Below are positions 63,725-64,000 of a DNA stretch of 64,000 nt, one piece after another. The first letter of the stretch is position 1. The number at the start of each line of letters is the position of its first letter. The notes under the pieces are model-generated. The model was not told where the DNA came from. It saw only the letters and a list, made by a program, of their open reading frames with translations, and ran no database searches. Location of the stretch: positions 1-64,000 of the IMG/VR virus record IMGVR_UViG_3300038463_000730. The stretch is one strand, 5' to 3'. Made by a program: the position numbers and the translations under genes.

Positions 63725-64000
63725 AACTTATTAGTTTTTCAATGCTTAGAAGGCTAGTTCGCGCACGTCTTAATGCATCATCAAATGAGATAGTATCTCA
63801 ACATTACAATGTCTCATTGAGCTAAATGTAATTGACGTGCTGTTGCCATGAATTTTGGCATGCTCCATCAGTCTATTTGTTGGTACGAACAATTGAATAG
63901 TTTCGTTAACTACGCTGGTCCCAAGCATAGTTACACAATATTCGCACTTTAAACATCCATAAAGTTTATATGGAGCGGGTAGCCAACTTCACTTAATTCT

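Noticed and set aside
63725-64000. Possible gene or stop-codon recoding at the window end
   Set aside because: All frames are interrupted by mixed stop types. Elsewhere conserved genes end normally at TAA/TAG/TGA, so there is no support for an alternative code.

Overview
A 64-kb segment of a large (jumbo-type) tailed dsDNA phage genome. No capsid, terminase or polymerase gene lies in the window. The call rests on dense unidirectional small ORFs, free-standing homing endonucleases, nucleotide-metabolism genes and IF-1. Bases 1-24,100 are a visibly GC-richer, minus-strand block of small 'early-type' genes. It contains three antisense His-Me endonucleases, two long ORF-free GNRA-rich segments (candidate giant ncRNAs of about 0.8 and 1.3 kb), several tRNA-like elements that lack a canonical anticodon arm, and a 15-nt motif repeated five times. 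At 24,100-24,700 the strand switches across a cluster of sigma54-like sites and helically phased repeats. Bases 24,700-48,700 are a more AT-rich plus-strand block. It is dominated by about 27 highly diverged paralogues with an H...CxxC...C putative Zn clasp, interleaved with a second 7-member family. Both families and three unrelated ORFs end in the same basic-hydrophobic C-terminal tag, [KR]-[LF]-x-[VATN]-[MFL]-x-stop. This is the best candidate for an undescribed system. Further right are a third 5-gene paralogue array, a probable -1 frameshift at A_AAA_AAG, dUTPase, a DEDDh exonuclease, IF-1, a C1 peptidase, an IMPDH/GMPR-family enzyme, dCMP deaminase and DHFR. All family names come from motifs recognised by eye; no database search was run.
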